DNA of 64,000 nt from an uncultured Verrucomicrobiota bacterium (lineage in GTDB: Bacteria; Verrucomicrobiota; Verrucomicrobiia; Limisphaerales; UBA9464). Shown here one piece after another: positions 1 through 8,568 of the stretch; position 1 is the stretch's first letter; each line of letters opens with the position of its first letter. A model generated the notes under the pieces. That model ran no database searches and was not told where the DNA came from. It worked only from the letters and a program-made list of their open reading frames with translations. The translations under genes and the position numbers were made by a program. The DNA lies in contig CAIWAH010000141.1 of assembly GCA_903910585.1 (NCBI GenBank), positions 9,261 to 73,260 of the forward strand, read 5' to 3'.

Positions 1-900
1 GCGCAGCATTCCGGCGTCGTTGGCCCAGGCGCCGCCGTCCGGATGGGGGGCCAGGTCACGGATGCTTTGGAACCATGCGTTGGTGCCCCGGCCATCCTGG
101 AAGGGCGGCGGCGCGGGAAATTCTCCGGCCCGATTCGGAAACGGCAGGGTGCTTACCGAGCCGCTGTGGAGCCGGCGCACCTGGTTGCCCGTCTGGCCTT
201 CGACCCACCACAGTTCGTTGGCCCCGAGGAAGGTCAGGGAACGCACCTGGCCGGCGATGACGCTGGCCGGGTTGGGCGGGATCACCGTCAGTCCGCCGTT
301 GTGCTGCCAGACGGAACCGTTGCCGTCGCCCGTTGGCGGCCTCACGTATTGGCTCGGCGCCAGAGTTTCGATGCGCTGGCCGGGAATCAGCCGCCGTAAC
401 CCGGCATCATCGGCAAACCAGATTGTGCCGTCCGGCGCGGCCGCCAGGGCGGTCACGGCGCGGATTTTCGCCACCCCGAGCGGACCGTCGGGCGATTCCA
501 GCGATTCCCAGGAAGGCACGCCGGTGACCACCGTCTGCACCACGCCATGCGGGCTCACCGTCCGGATGCGAGAGGGCAACGGATTCACGATGCTGGTCGA
601 AACATCCCAGCCATCGGCGACCCAGATCGTGCCATCGGGCGCCACGGTGATCGCATTGAGCCGGCTGAAGGAAACCTCCTTGCCCACGCCATCGGTCTGG
701 CGCGGCAGGCCGTCCGGAAACGTCTTGCCGCCCGCCAGCACATGCACCGGCACGCCCGGCCAGGCATAGGTGAAGCGGGAGAACTCCTCGGGCGCGGAGA
801 CGAGATCCGGCCGGCCGCGGGGCGGAATCAGCTGGGCCCAGGCCGTCAGTTGGGCCACGGCGAACAGGACGAGGACGGCGAGCAGGCGGCAGGGTTTCAT
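1..900 (-). CDS. secreted beta-propeller repeat protein (NHL/SMP-30-like), C-terminus cut by window edge
   Basis: Absent from the ORF track because it runs off the window. Reverse-strand ATG at 898-900 gives MKPCRLLAVLVLFAVAQLTAWAQ (signal-peptide-like), then repeated APDGTIW(V/F)AD motifs. The frame stays open to base 1. Confidence 0.6.
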   Translation of the reverse strand, partial: MKPCRLLAVLVLFAVAQLTAWAQLIPPRGRPDLVSAPEEFSRFTYAWPGVPVHVLAGGKTFPDGLPRQTDGVGKEVSFSRLNAITVAPDGTIWVADGWDVSTSIVNPLPSRIRTVSPHGVVQTVVTGVPSWESLESPDGPLGVAKIRAVTALAAAPDGTIWFADDAGLRRLIPGQRIETLAPSQYVRPPTGDGNGSVWQHNGGLTVIPPNPASVIAGQVRSLTFLGANELWWVEGQTGNQVRRLHSGSVSTLPFPNRAGEFPAPPPFQDGRGTNAWFQSIRDLAPHPDGGAWANDAGMLR

Positions 901-1106
901 GCAGGTCTGGAAGGTTTTCGGACCGCGCGGGCCAGACTTGAGACCCACCCCCCCGGACGAGTTCCGCCGTCCGGCCCGCGCGGAGCGATGGAACTGCAAT
1001 TCCGCTTCCATTCGCAGGGCGGCCGGCTCCGGGAAAACCCGGAGGCGGGCGGAAGGAAGACGCCGGCTGCGGCTGCTTCTTGGGCCCGGCGATTGGCCCC
1101 GCAGGG

Positions 1107-1748
1107 TCAGCGAACGGCCGGTTGGGTCACGAGCCATCCGCCGGTCCAGGCCCGGCTGATGAGTTCGGCGACATTGCCGGCGCCCAGCTTGATGAACAGG
1201 CCCTTGCGATACGTCTCCACCGTCTTGCCACCGACCCCGAGCGCAGTGGCGATTTCATCGGTCGTTCGACCTGCGGCCAGGAGACGCAGCACTTCGAGCT
1301 CGCGCGGGCTCGGTGGCAGCGATGCCAGCGCGTCGCGCAGTTCCGCCGGGTCCAGGGTCGGGCTCAGAAAGGTGTCGCCGGCGAGCACCTGGCGAAGTCC
1401 GTCCACCAGGTCGGTGAAGGCGTCTTCCTTCACCAGCCAGCCGTTGGCGCCCGCCCGCAGCGCCTCGGCCACCAGTGATGGGGCGCCGTAGGAACTCAGC
1501 AGGACGATTGGCACCGCGTCGCCCACGGCCCGCCGTTCCCGCAGCAGTTCCAAGCCGGTCGCGTCGGGCAGGTGGTAATCGAGCAGGGCGAGGTCCACGC
1601 CGCCGGCCGCCAGCGCAAGGCGGGCCGACGCGCCGTTGGCACAGGCGGGAAGCAGGGTAACGCCGGCTTGCTCGCGCAGCAGCGCGGTCAGCCCCTCGCG
1701 GAAGAGGGCGTGGTCATCGGCGAGCAGCAGGCGCACGGGCGGATTCAT
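1107..1748 (-). CDS. two-component response regulator, NarL/FixJ (LuxR HTH) family
   Basis: Receiver motifs (LLADDHALFREG, DLALLDYHLPD) and a C-terminal LuxR-type HTH (SPRELEVLRLLAAGRTTDEIA..GKTVETYRKG). ATGA overlap with the kinase gene at 1745-1748. Confidence 0.92.
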   Translation of the reverse strand: MNPPVRLLLADDHALFREGLTALLREQAGVTLLPACANGASARLALAAGGVDLALLDYHLPDATGLELLRERRAVGDAVPIVLLSSYGAPSLVAEALRAGANGWLVKEDAFTDLVDGLRQVLAGDTFLSPTLDPAELRDALASLPPSPRELEVLRLLAAGRTTDEIATALGVGGKTVETYRKGLFIKLGAGNVAELISRAWTGGWLVTQPAVR

Positions 1749-3610
1749 GGGGTGGCAGCGCAGGGGCAGGTGACTTCGAGGCGTGTGCCCCGGCCGGGTT
1801 CGCTGGTGAGACGCAGTTCACCGCCGCACAGTTCGGCCCGGTCCCGGAGAAACCGGAGGCCAAGCCGGCCGGGAGTGACCTCCCGGGGATCGAAACCCCG
1901 GCCGTCATCACTCACGGAAAATCTGGCCGCGCCCGCCTGGGCCTGCAATTCGACGCGGATGACGCGGGCTTCGGCGTGACGTCTGGCGTTGCGGACGGCT
2001 TCCTGGGCGATGCGGTAAAGGTTCTCGCGCTGCGGTCCGGTGAGGCCGGGCGGTTCTTCGCCGGTGACCTCGACCTGCGGCGGATCGCCCGCATGGGCGA
2101 ACCGCTTCAGCGCCTCGATGAGCGTGGTCTGCTGCAACGCCAGCGGCTGGAGGTCGTGGGCGAGGCCTCGGACCGCCCGGAGGCTGCCCCTGAGTTCCTC
2201 GGCGATCTGTCCGACCTTGGCTGCCGCTTCGGGGGAAGCCTGCCGGCCGAGCAGTTGGAGGCGCAGACGGGCCGCGTCGAGATCCTGGGCGACCGAGTCG
2301 TGAAGTTCCCGGCCGATGCGGCGCCGCTCCTCCTCGTGGGCCGTGAGCACCCGGGCGCGGAGTTGGGCCTCCTGTCGCTGGGCTGTCAGGGTCTGCCGTA
2401 GCGCGATGCCGCCCAGCACGAGCACCCAAACCACCGGAACCACGTCGGAACCCCAAAGTGGCAGGGCCGCATACGGTATGAAGTCGCACCAGACCGGCAA
2501 CAGTTGGGAAAGATTCACCGCCGCGACGAGGAGCCAGCCGTGGAGCAACGGGCCGGCCCGGCGGTCGCCCTCCCGGCGCGCCCGGTCGGCCAGCCAGACC
2601 TGCGCTCCCGTGAGGACCAGCAGGTAGGCCCCGTAGAGCCCGGCGACCGGCGCCGGGCCGAGCTTTCGCAGCGGGCTGAACAGCCCCAGCAGCAACAGCA
2701 ACGCCGCCCCCGCCAGCCAGTCGGTGCGCCGCCGCCGGTCCGGGAATACGCCGCGAAAGTAGCCGTAAAACGCCAGGGGCACCGTGAGGTTGAAGAATCC
2801 TTCCCACCACGACACCCAGCCCAGCGGCAGATCGGAATCCGCCAGCCATTGGGAACGGACCAGGCGATGCCCGGCCAGCAGCAGGGTGGGGGTGACCGAA
2901 CCGGACAGTTCCCGGATCTCCGTGCCGGCCCGGCGCCACAGGGCGAGCAATCCGGCCCACGCCAGGCAGATCGCAATGGTTCCGCCCCGCACGGTTTCCC
3001 GGAACAGTTCGGAATGGCGTTTGATCCGGGCTGCTTCCTCGGCCGGGAATACTCCCCACGGACCGCGCAGCAGTCCGCCGGCGCCGGAAAAATTGCCGAC
3101 CCGGACCGCCAGGAAATTGGTTTGCTCCGGCCGCAGCCACGCCGGAGTGAGGGGCACGACCAGCATCGTCCCGGCGGTGGGAATCTCCGGCGGCGTGAAG
3201 CGCCCGTGAACCGTCAACCGACGTCCATTGAGCCAGACCTCGGCGGAGTTTCCCACCCTCCCCAGCACCAAGCCCAAGGGCTGCGTTTCCGCCACCGGAG
3301 GCAGGGAGAACTCAAGGGCATACCAGCCATGCTGTCCCACACCGGGCCAGCCCTGTTGCTGGAGCGATTGTCCCAGTTTCACTGGCTTGGCCTGATCCCA
3401 AACTTCGGGCGGCTGTTCCCGGGCGGTGGCCAGGTAGCGAACCGAATGCAGTTGCCACGTTAGGCCGGAGGCAAGGGCGGGTTCGCCCGCTTGAATTGCA
3501 TCTCCTGTCAGCAGCTTCCACAGGAGCCCCAGAACGGCCATTTGCCCCAGCCGTTGCCACCTGGCGCAGAGCCCGGAGTAGAAACCGTCGGTTGGCTGCG
3601 GCCATCTCAT
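1745..3610 (-). CDS. sensor histidine kinase (HisKA_3/HATPase_c) with multi-TM region and periplasmic sensor domain
   Basis: H-box HEEERRRIGRELHDSVAQ and an ATPase region (SVSDDGRGF..GLRFLRDRAELCGGEL). Several hydrophobic helices follow a periplasmic domain resembling 7TMR-DISM-type receptors. The ORF-track extension to 4099 is R/P-rich and overlaps the next gene, so the start is placed at ATG 3610 (alternative 3541). Confidence 0.85.
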   Translation of the reverse strand: MRWPQPTDGFYSGLCARWQRLGQMAVLGLLWKLLTGDAIQAGEPALASGLTWQLHSVRYLATAREQPPEVWDQAKPVKLGQSLQQQGWPGVGQHGWYALEFSLPPVAETQPLGLVLGRVGNSAEVWLNGRRLTVHGRFTPPEIPTAGTMLVVPLTPAWLRPEQTNFLAVRVGNFSGAGGLLRGPWGVFPAEEAARIKRHSELFRETVRGGTIAICLAWAGLLALWRRAGTEIRELSGSVTPTLLLAGHRLVRSQWLADSDLPLGWVSWWEGFFNLTVPLAFYGYFRGVFPDRRRRTDWLAGAALLLLLGLFSPLRKLGPAPVAGLYGAYLLVLTGAQVWLADRARREGDRRAGPLLHGWLLVAAVNLSQLLPVWCDFIPYAALPLWGSDVVPVVWVLVLGGIALRQTLTAQRQEAQLRARVLTAHEEERRRIGRELHDSVAQDLDAARLRLQLLGRQASPEAAAKVGQIAEELRGSLRAVRGLAHDLQPLALQQTTLIEALKRFAHAGDPPQVEVTGEEPPGLTGPQRENLYRIAQEAVRNARRHAEARVIRVELQAQAGAARFSVSDDGRGFDPREVTPGRLGLRFLRDRAELCGGELRLTSEPGRGTRLEVTCPCAATP

Positions 3611-3663
3611 CAACGGACCGATTCTGCGGGTCCGGTGGGGCGGCGACAATTCTGTTCCCCGAG

Positions 3664-4440
3664 TCAGCGGGAGAATCCCATCCAGCGGCGGACCGCCGCG
3701 ACGGAGCCCTCCGCGTCCGTGGCCAGCACGACGTGGTCGGCCCGGCGGCGGACGTCGGTGCCGCGGTAGCCGGGACATTTCTCCCGCAGCCAACCGCGGA
3801 CCGCCCACCACGGCACCACGGGATCCCACCGTCCGGTCAATTGCCACACCGGGAGGTCCAGTGTGCGGACGGTAGCTTGGAAGTCCGCCAGTTCGATGAG
3901 CCGGAGCCGGTGGATGAGCGCGGCGTGGTCGGCGGGCTGCCGGCGGCGCTGCACGAAATCGGGCACGGCTGCGACGACTTCCGGAGCGTGCCGATACGCG
4001 ATCCGGGCCCAGAGCGGATATACGTGGAACAACGGACCGACTGCGGCCGGGGGAAGCCCGCCGAGCAGCCGCCGGGTCAGCGTCACCGCCCACAGCCAAG
4101 GATGGCGGACGAATCCGCCGGCGAGGATGACTCCGTTCACCGGGCGGGGAACCGCGGCCGACAGCATGGCCCAGGCGACCTGTGAGCCGAACGATTCCGC
4201 CAACAGCCAGACCGGCCCGGGCGTGGCCTTGGTCACCGCCTCCCAGATGGCTGCCGCATGGTCGGCCAGGTTCCAGCTGTGCCCGGCAGGATACGAGACG
4301 GCGAGCAGACGAACGTCGTCGCCGAGCCGCGCGCGGAAAGAACCCAGCAATGTGGCGTCGCCATGCACTCCCGGAAGGTAAACGAGGACGGGCCCCGCCG
4401 GGTCACCCTGGACTTCGAGGCGGACCTCCGGCGCGTTCAT
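3664..4440 (-). CDS. alpha/beta hydrolase fold protein
   Basis: MNAPEVRLEVQGDPAGPVLVYLPGVHGD.. with a nucleophile-elbow-like LLAESFGSQVAW. The start ATG at 4440 overlaps the upstream stop (ATGA). The rest of the 506-aa track ORF is R/P-rich junk. Confidence 0.75.
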   Translation of the reverse strand: MNAPEVRLEVQGDPAGPVLVYLPGVHGDATLLGSFRARLGDDVRLLAVSYPAGHSWNLADHAAAIWEAVTKATPGPVWLLAESFGSQVAWAMLSAAVPRPVNGVILAGGFVRHPWLWAVTLTRRLLGGLPPAAVGPLFHVYPLWARIAYRHAPEVVAAVPDFVQRRRQPADHAALIHRLRLIELADFQATVRTLDLPVWQLTGRWDPVVPWWAVRGWLREKCPGYRGTDVRRRADHVVLATDAEGSVAAVRRWMGFSR

Positions 4441-4886
4441 TGGGTCCGGGCTTCCGGGTCGCCGGCGATCGGTGCAGGCGCGACCCGGGCGATCACGGTC
4501 GCGAGCAGCAACATCGGCCATTGCCACACCGGGATGAAGATCAGGGCGAGCGAGTTCATCGCGTTGGGCACCTTGGGGACCAGGCCGGCGAAGTGACCGA
4601 GGAAACCGAGGGCCGCGGCCAGCACGGTGAGCACCAGAACCATTCCGCGCGAGAACGGCCGGCGGGCGATCCGGGCCGCGACCGGCGGGAGGACGAAGGG
4701 CAGCACGCCCCACAGCACGAGCATCATGAGCGCGGCGCCCGAACGCTGGTTCGCGCCGGCGCCCCGCAGCAGCGCGAGCAGCGGCTGCGCCGCGCCAAAC
4801 AGCGACAGTCCCGCGCACAGGCGGAACCACGCGGGCGAACCGGCTGGGGACGCGGGACCGGACTCGGAACTCATGGGCCGGAACAT
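4437..4886 (-). CDS. hypothetical integral membrane protein
   Basis: 149-aa ORF with about 4 hydrophobic helices, translationally coupled (ATGA) to the hydrolase gene. Confidence 0.55.
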   Translation of the reverse strand: MFRPMSSESGPASPAGSPAWFRLCAGLSLFGAAQPLLALLRGAGANQRSGAALMMLVLWGVLPFVLPPVAARIARRPFSRGMVLVLTVLAAALGFLGHFAGLVPKVPNAMNSLALIFIPVWQWPMLLLATVIARVAPAPIAGDPEARTQ

Positions 4887-5023
4887 GGTGGCCCCGCCCC
4901 GGTCCCGCCAGCGGGCAGTTGCCGACGCGGACCGATGTCGGTGATGGGGCGTTCGGCGGTGCGCGGAATCTCCCCTGCCGGCTTGGTTCTTTGGCGGTTC
5001 CGCAGTAAAGCGGGCGCGGCAAC

Positions 5024-6391
5024 ATGCTCACAAAGGACACGATTGCGGCGGTGGCGACGCCCCTGGGGGAAGGGGGGCTGGCAGTGATCCGGATCTCCGG
5101 TCCGGGGGCGCTGGCAGTGGCAACCGCAGTGTTCCGCCCGGTCAACCCGAAGGCTCTGGCGCCGGCCGACGCGCCGACGCACACGGTCCATTACGGACAT
5201 GTCGTGCGCGCCGGACAGCGGGTGGACGAGGTGTTGCTCACGGTGCTGCGCGCGCCGCGGACCTTCACCCGGGAAGATACGGCGGAGATTTCCTGCCATG
5301 GCGGGGTGCTCGTCACGCGGTTGGTGCTGGAAACGGTGCTGGCGGCCGGCGCGCGCCTGGCGGAGCCGGGGGAATTTTCCCAGCGGGCGTTTCTCAATGG
5401 CCGGCTGGACCTCACCCAGGCCGAGGCGGTTGCCGATCTCATCCATGCCCGCACGGAGCTGGCTCTGGATGCCGCCCACGAACAGCTGGCCGGCAAGCTG
5501 GCGGATCGCATCCGGTCCCTGCGCGACGACCTGATGAACGCCCTCGCGCACATCGAGGCGCACATCGACTTCCCGGACGAGGACATTGCGCCCGACACGC
5601 AGGCCGCCCTGCTGGGCCGGCTGGAGCGCGCGGTCGCGCAGATGCGGGAGCTGCTGCGGACGGCCCGGGAGGGCCAGATCCTGCGGCGCGGTCTGCGGGC
5701 GGCGATTGTGGGCCGGCCCAACGCGGGCAAGTCATCGCTCCTCAATCAGCTGCTGGGCCACGAGCGGGCGATCGTTTCGCCGGTCGCCGGCACGACGCGC
5801 GACACGGTCGAGGAGACGGCCAACATCCGCGGCATTCCGGTTGTCTTCGTGGACACCGCGGGGCTGCGTGACACCGCCGATGCCGTCGAGGCGGAAGGTG
5901 TGAAGCGGAGCCGCGCCGCGCTGGAAGCGGCGGAACTCATCCTGCACGTCCTCGACCATTCGGCGCCGCTGGCTCCGGAAGACGTGGCGTTGGCCGGAGA
6001 ACTCGCGGGCCGGCCGCGGCTGCTTGTGCTCAACAAGCATGATCTGGAGCCGCGGCTCGCGCTCCCGGCGGGCTGGGAGGGGATTCCGGTGAGCTGTTCG
6101 ACCGGAGCGGGGCTGGAAACCCTGAAGGAGGCGATCCAGCGGGTGGTCTGGTCGGGAGCGATCGCCGGCGAACCGCATCAGCTGACCGTCAACGCCCGTC
6201 ACGCGGATGCGCTGCGCCGCGCCGAGGCCGCCGTGGCGCAGGCAAAGGACACGTTGGTCGGGGGGAAGTCCCTGGAGTTGGTGGCGTTCGAACTGCGGTC
6301 CGGGGTCCAGGCTGTCGGCGAGATCGTCGGGGCGACGGCGACAGACGATTTGCTCGATTCGATCTTCCGCCAGTTCTGTCTCGGGAAATGA
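5024..6391 (+). CDS. mnmE: tRNA modification GTPase MnmE (TrmE)
   Basis: N-terminal DTIAAVATPLGEGGLAVIRISG, G-domain GRPNAGKSSLLN / DTAGLR / NKHD, and the C-terminal CLGK tetrapeptide typical of MnmE. Confidence 0.96.
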   Translation: MLTKDTIAAVATPLGEGGLAVIRISGPGALAVATAVFRPVNPKALAPADAPTHTVHYGHVVRAGQRVDEVLLTVLRAPRTFTREDTAEISCHGGVLVTRLVLETVLAAGARLAEPGEFSQRAFLNGRLDLTQAEAVADLIHARTELALDAAHEQLAGKLADRIRSLRDDLMNALAHIEAHIDFPDEDIAPDTQAALLGRLERAVAQMRELLRTAREGQILRRGLRAAIVGRPNAGKSSLLNQLLGHERAIVSPVAGTTRDTVEETANIRGIPVVFVDTAGLRDTADAVEAEGVKRSRAALEAAELILHVLDHSAPLAPEDVALAGELAGRPRLLVLNKHDLEPRLALPAGWEGIPVSCSTGAGLETLKEAIQRVVWSGAIAGEPHQLTVNARHADALRRAEAAVAQAKDTLVGGKSLELVAFELRSGVQAVGEIVGATATDDLLDSIFRQFCLGK

Positions 6392-6425
6392 CCGCGGCCC
6401 GGCCGCGTGGCTGGTGGGTCGGAGA

Positions 6426-7637
6426 TCATTTGCCCTTCAGCAGCTTCAGCCGGGGCGCGAGCAGAGAGGCGGTGCGGGCGAAAACCTCCGGCGGCACGCC
6501 CAGTGCCTGTTTCAATTCCACGTCGCGGTCCCATGGATTGCCGATTTGGGCGAGCCGGCTCATCTCCGCCTTTTCCAAGTGCAGGCCGAACAGCCAGGGC
6601 GAAACCAGCGCGGTGTTGATCAGCGGGAAATCGGAACCGTAGGCGAGCCGGCCGGCGAATTCAGGACGGGTGAGCGCTTCCTTCAGGTAGCCGGGCTTGT
6701 TCACCTGCGTGAGCGAGGAGATTTCCGAGTGCAGGTTGGGGAACTCCTTCATGAGGCGGGCGAGCCGGTCGGTATCCCGTTCGCCGCCATTTTCACCGGT
6801 CGAGGCAATGTGCGCGGCGATGACGGTGACGCCGAGTCGCAGGGGCAGGCGCAGGCGTTCGGGATCGGCGAGGCGGTCATCGGCATGCGTGAAGGACCGT
6901 TCCTGGCCGGCGTGGGTCAGCAGGGGAAGCTGGTGAAAGTTGAGCCGCTCGTAGAACGGAATGAGCCGCTCGTCAGCCGGATCGATGTGCATGATGCTGG
7001 GGATCCACTTCACCAGCACGGCACCGTTGGCCGCGCACCAGTCGAGCCGGGCCAGCGCATCGCGGCGGAGGGGATTCACCGAGGCGCCGAAGAGGAGGTT
7101 GGGGTGCCGGGCGGTTTCGCGGGCGACGAATTCGTTCGGCACATGGACCTCGGTGGCCGTGCGGTCGAGCTCGCCCGCGGCATCCACCGCGCCGTCCATC
7201 GCGAGGATGACGGCGTGGCTGACGTGCCGGCTGGCGGCGACCTGGGCGGCGATGCGGTCCACCAGCGAGGCGTCGCCCTGCGCGGTGAGTTCAGCGCGGC
7301 TGGTGCCGAAGGACTTGAGGTAGATGTTGAATTTCCAGCTCTGCTCCAGCTCGCGGGAAATGAAACAGCCGCTGCCGCCCGCGCCGATGCCGGCGGTGTG
7401 GACGTGCAGGTCAATGAGGCGCGTCGGAGGCAAAGGCGCCGGTGTGCGGTAAGGCCCGGAAAAGAACAGCACGCGGCCGACGACAAGCGAGAGGAGTCCG
7501 GCGGCGAAGAGGCCGAGGAGCCAGCGAAGCGCGCGTCGCCAGCGAGCGGAGCGCGGACGGTCACGTCCGCCAGGAGGCTTGGCGCTGACGCTGAATTCGT
7601 TGGTTGGCATGGCTTGTTTCGGCGCGAGGCCAATCAC
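6426..7637 (-). CDS. membrane-anchored metal-dependent amidohydrolase (TIM-barrel, amidohydrolase_2-like)
   Basis: N-terminal TM anchor (LRWLLGLFAAGLLSLVVG), metal motif IDLHVHT, and C-terminal AYGSDFP. GTG start at 7637; alternative ATG at 7610. Last gene of the 12992-6426 operon. Confidence 0.75.
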   Translation of the reverse strand: MIGLAPKQAMPTNEFSVSAKPPGGRDRPRSARWRRALRWLLGLFAAGLLSLVVGRVLFFSGPYRTPAPLPPTRLIDLHVHTAGIGAGGSGCFISRELEQSWKFNIYLKSFGTSRAELTAQGDASLVDRIAAQVAASRHVSHAVILAMDGAVDAAGELDRTATEVHVPNEFVARETARHPNLLFGASVNPLRRDALARLDWCAANGAVLVKWIPSIMHIDPADERLIPFYERLNFHQLPLLTHAGQERSFTHADDRLADPERLRLPLRLGVTVIAAHIASTGENGGERDTDRLARLMKEFPNLHSEISSLTQVNKPGYLKEALTRPEFAGRLAYGSDFPLINTALVSPWLFGLHLEKAEMSRLAQIGNPWDRDVELKQALGVPPEVFARTASLLAPRLKLLKGK

Positions 7638-7644
7638 TGGCTGT

Positions 7645-8346
7645 TCACGCGGACGTGACCGTCCGCGCCCCGGCGCGTTGACGGAAGCGCCACACGGCGA
7701 AACCGACCAGGGCCAGCGAAGCGAATTGGTAGCCCGACAGCCCGAGTGCGATCCGCGGCGTGTCGCGCCAGAACTCGTGCGCGAACCGGAACGCGCCGTA
7801 GCCGGCGAGGTAGAGATGGAAATGCTGCCCCGGCCAGCGCCGCTGCCGGCGCAACAGGGCGAACGTCACCAGCGCGACGACGTTGAACCCGATCTCGGCG
7901 GGCACTGCGGGCCAGCGTGGATGACCGTGGCGGTCGGCGAGCGTCCACCAGGCCGGGTGTTCGCAGGCGGCCCCGAGGCAACAGCCCTGAAGCAGGCAGC
8001 CGACGCGGCCGAGGATGATGCCGACCGGCGCCACGCTGGCGAACAAGTCGCCGGTGGCCTGCGGGTAACCGACCCAGCGCTTGGCCAGCTCCACGCCACC
8101 GTAGCCGCCGGCCAGCGCGCCGAGCACGGTTTTACCCGTGGCCCAGCGCAGCCATTGGTCAGCCTGGCCGTAGTCGAGCCAGCCTTCCGCGAGGAGGTAG
8201 AGCAGCTTCGCGCCTAGGGCCGCGCCGAAGAGGCCGCCGAGGTAAATGGGCAGCAGCCGCGCATCACGTCGGGCGAGGCGATACCAGAGGAACAGGCTCA
8301 CGCCGATGCCGGCGAGCATGAGCCAGCGGTAGGGAGAGGATTGCAT
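7645..8346 (-). CDS. lgt: prolipoprotein diacylglyceryl transferase family protein (short Lgt-like form)
   Basis: Multi-TM protein whose conserved blocks align by eye to E. coli Lgt: GRVGCLLQGCCLG vs GRLGNFINGELWG, PAVPAEIGFN vs HPSQLYE, YLAGYGAFRFAHEFWR vs FLIGYGAFRIIVEFFR. Start overlaps the upstream stop by 1 nt. Confidence 0.7.
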   Translation of the reverse strand: MQSSPYRWLMLAGIGVSLFLWYRLARRDARLLPIYLGGLFGAALGAKLLYLLAEGWLDYGQADQWLRWATGKTVLGALAGGYGGVELAKRWVGYPQATGDLFASVAPVGIILGRVGCLLQGCCLGAACEHPAWWTLADRHGHPRWPAVPAEIGFNVVALVTFALLRRQRRWPGQHFHLYLAGYGAFRFAHEFWRDTPRIALGLSGYQFASLALVGFAVWRFRQRAGARTVTSA

Positions 8347-8561
8347 CAGAGACTCGAACAGGCCCCGTAAACGAGTGCCAACAGAAGGGTCACAACTGCG
8401 AGCGGAACCACGAAGAGCCTTACTGCGACTTCAAGCAGCCCAGCCATGAAAGTTTTCGGCCGCCAAGCGCACTGTGGACAAATGACGGTTCCCGTATCGG
8501 TGCTCTGGTTGCTTGCGCCGCAGGCTGGGCAGGTCCACGGCGTTGGTAGGGGTCCGTTCAT
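8346..8561 (-). CDS. small zinc-ribbon protein with C-terminal TM helix
   Basis: MNGPLPTPWTCPACGAS..VICPQCAWRP (CxxC..CxxC) followed by a hydrophobic helix ending ..LVYGACSSL. Start chosen at ATG 8561, 7 nt after the radical SAM stop. Confidence 0.55.
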   Translation of the reverse strand: MNGPLPTPWTCPACGASNQSTDTGTVICPQCAWRPKTFMAGLLEVAVRLFVVPLAVVTLLLALVYGACSSL

Positions 8562-8568
8562 GGGAGAT

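Noticed and set aside
3611-4099. N-terminal extensions of track ORFs: 1745-4099, 3664-5184, 19050-22547, 34631-37363, 32732-33895, 37847-38545 and 23073-23822.
   Set aside because: The extensions are R/P-rich, overlap neighbouring credible genes, and precede internal ATGs that begin with recognisable N-termini or signal peptides.
6392-6425. cgcggcc/ggccgcg palindrome between convergent mnmE and the amidohydrolase gene as a terminator.
   Set aside because: The arms are separated by a single nucleotide, which is sterically impossible as drawn, and no U-tract follows.
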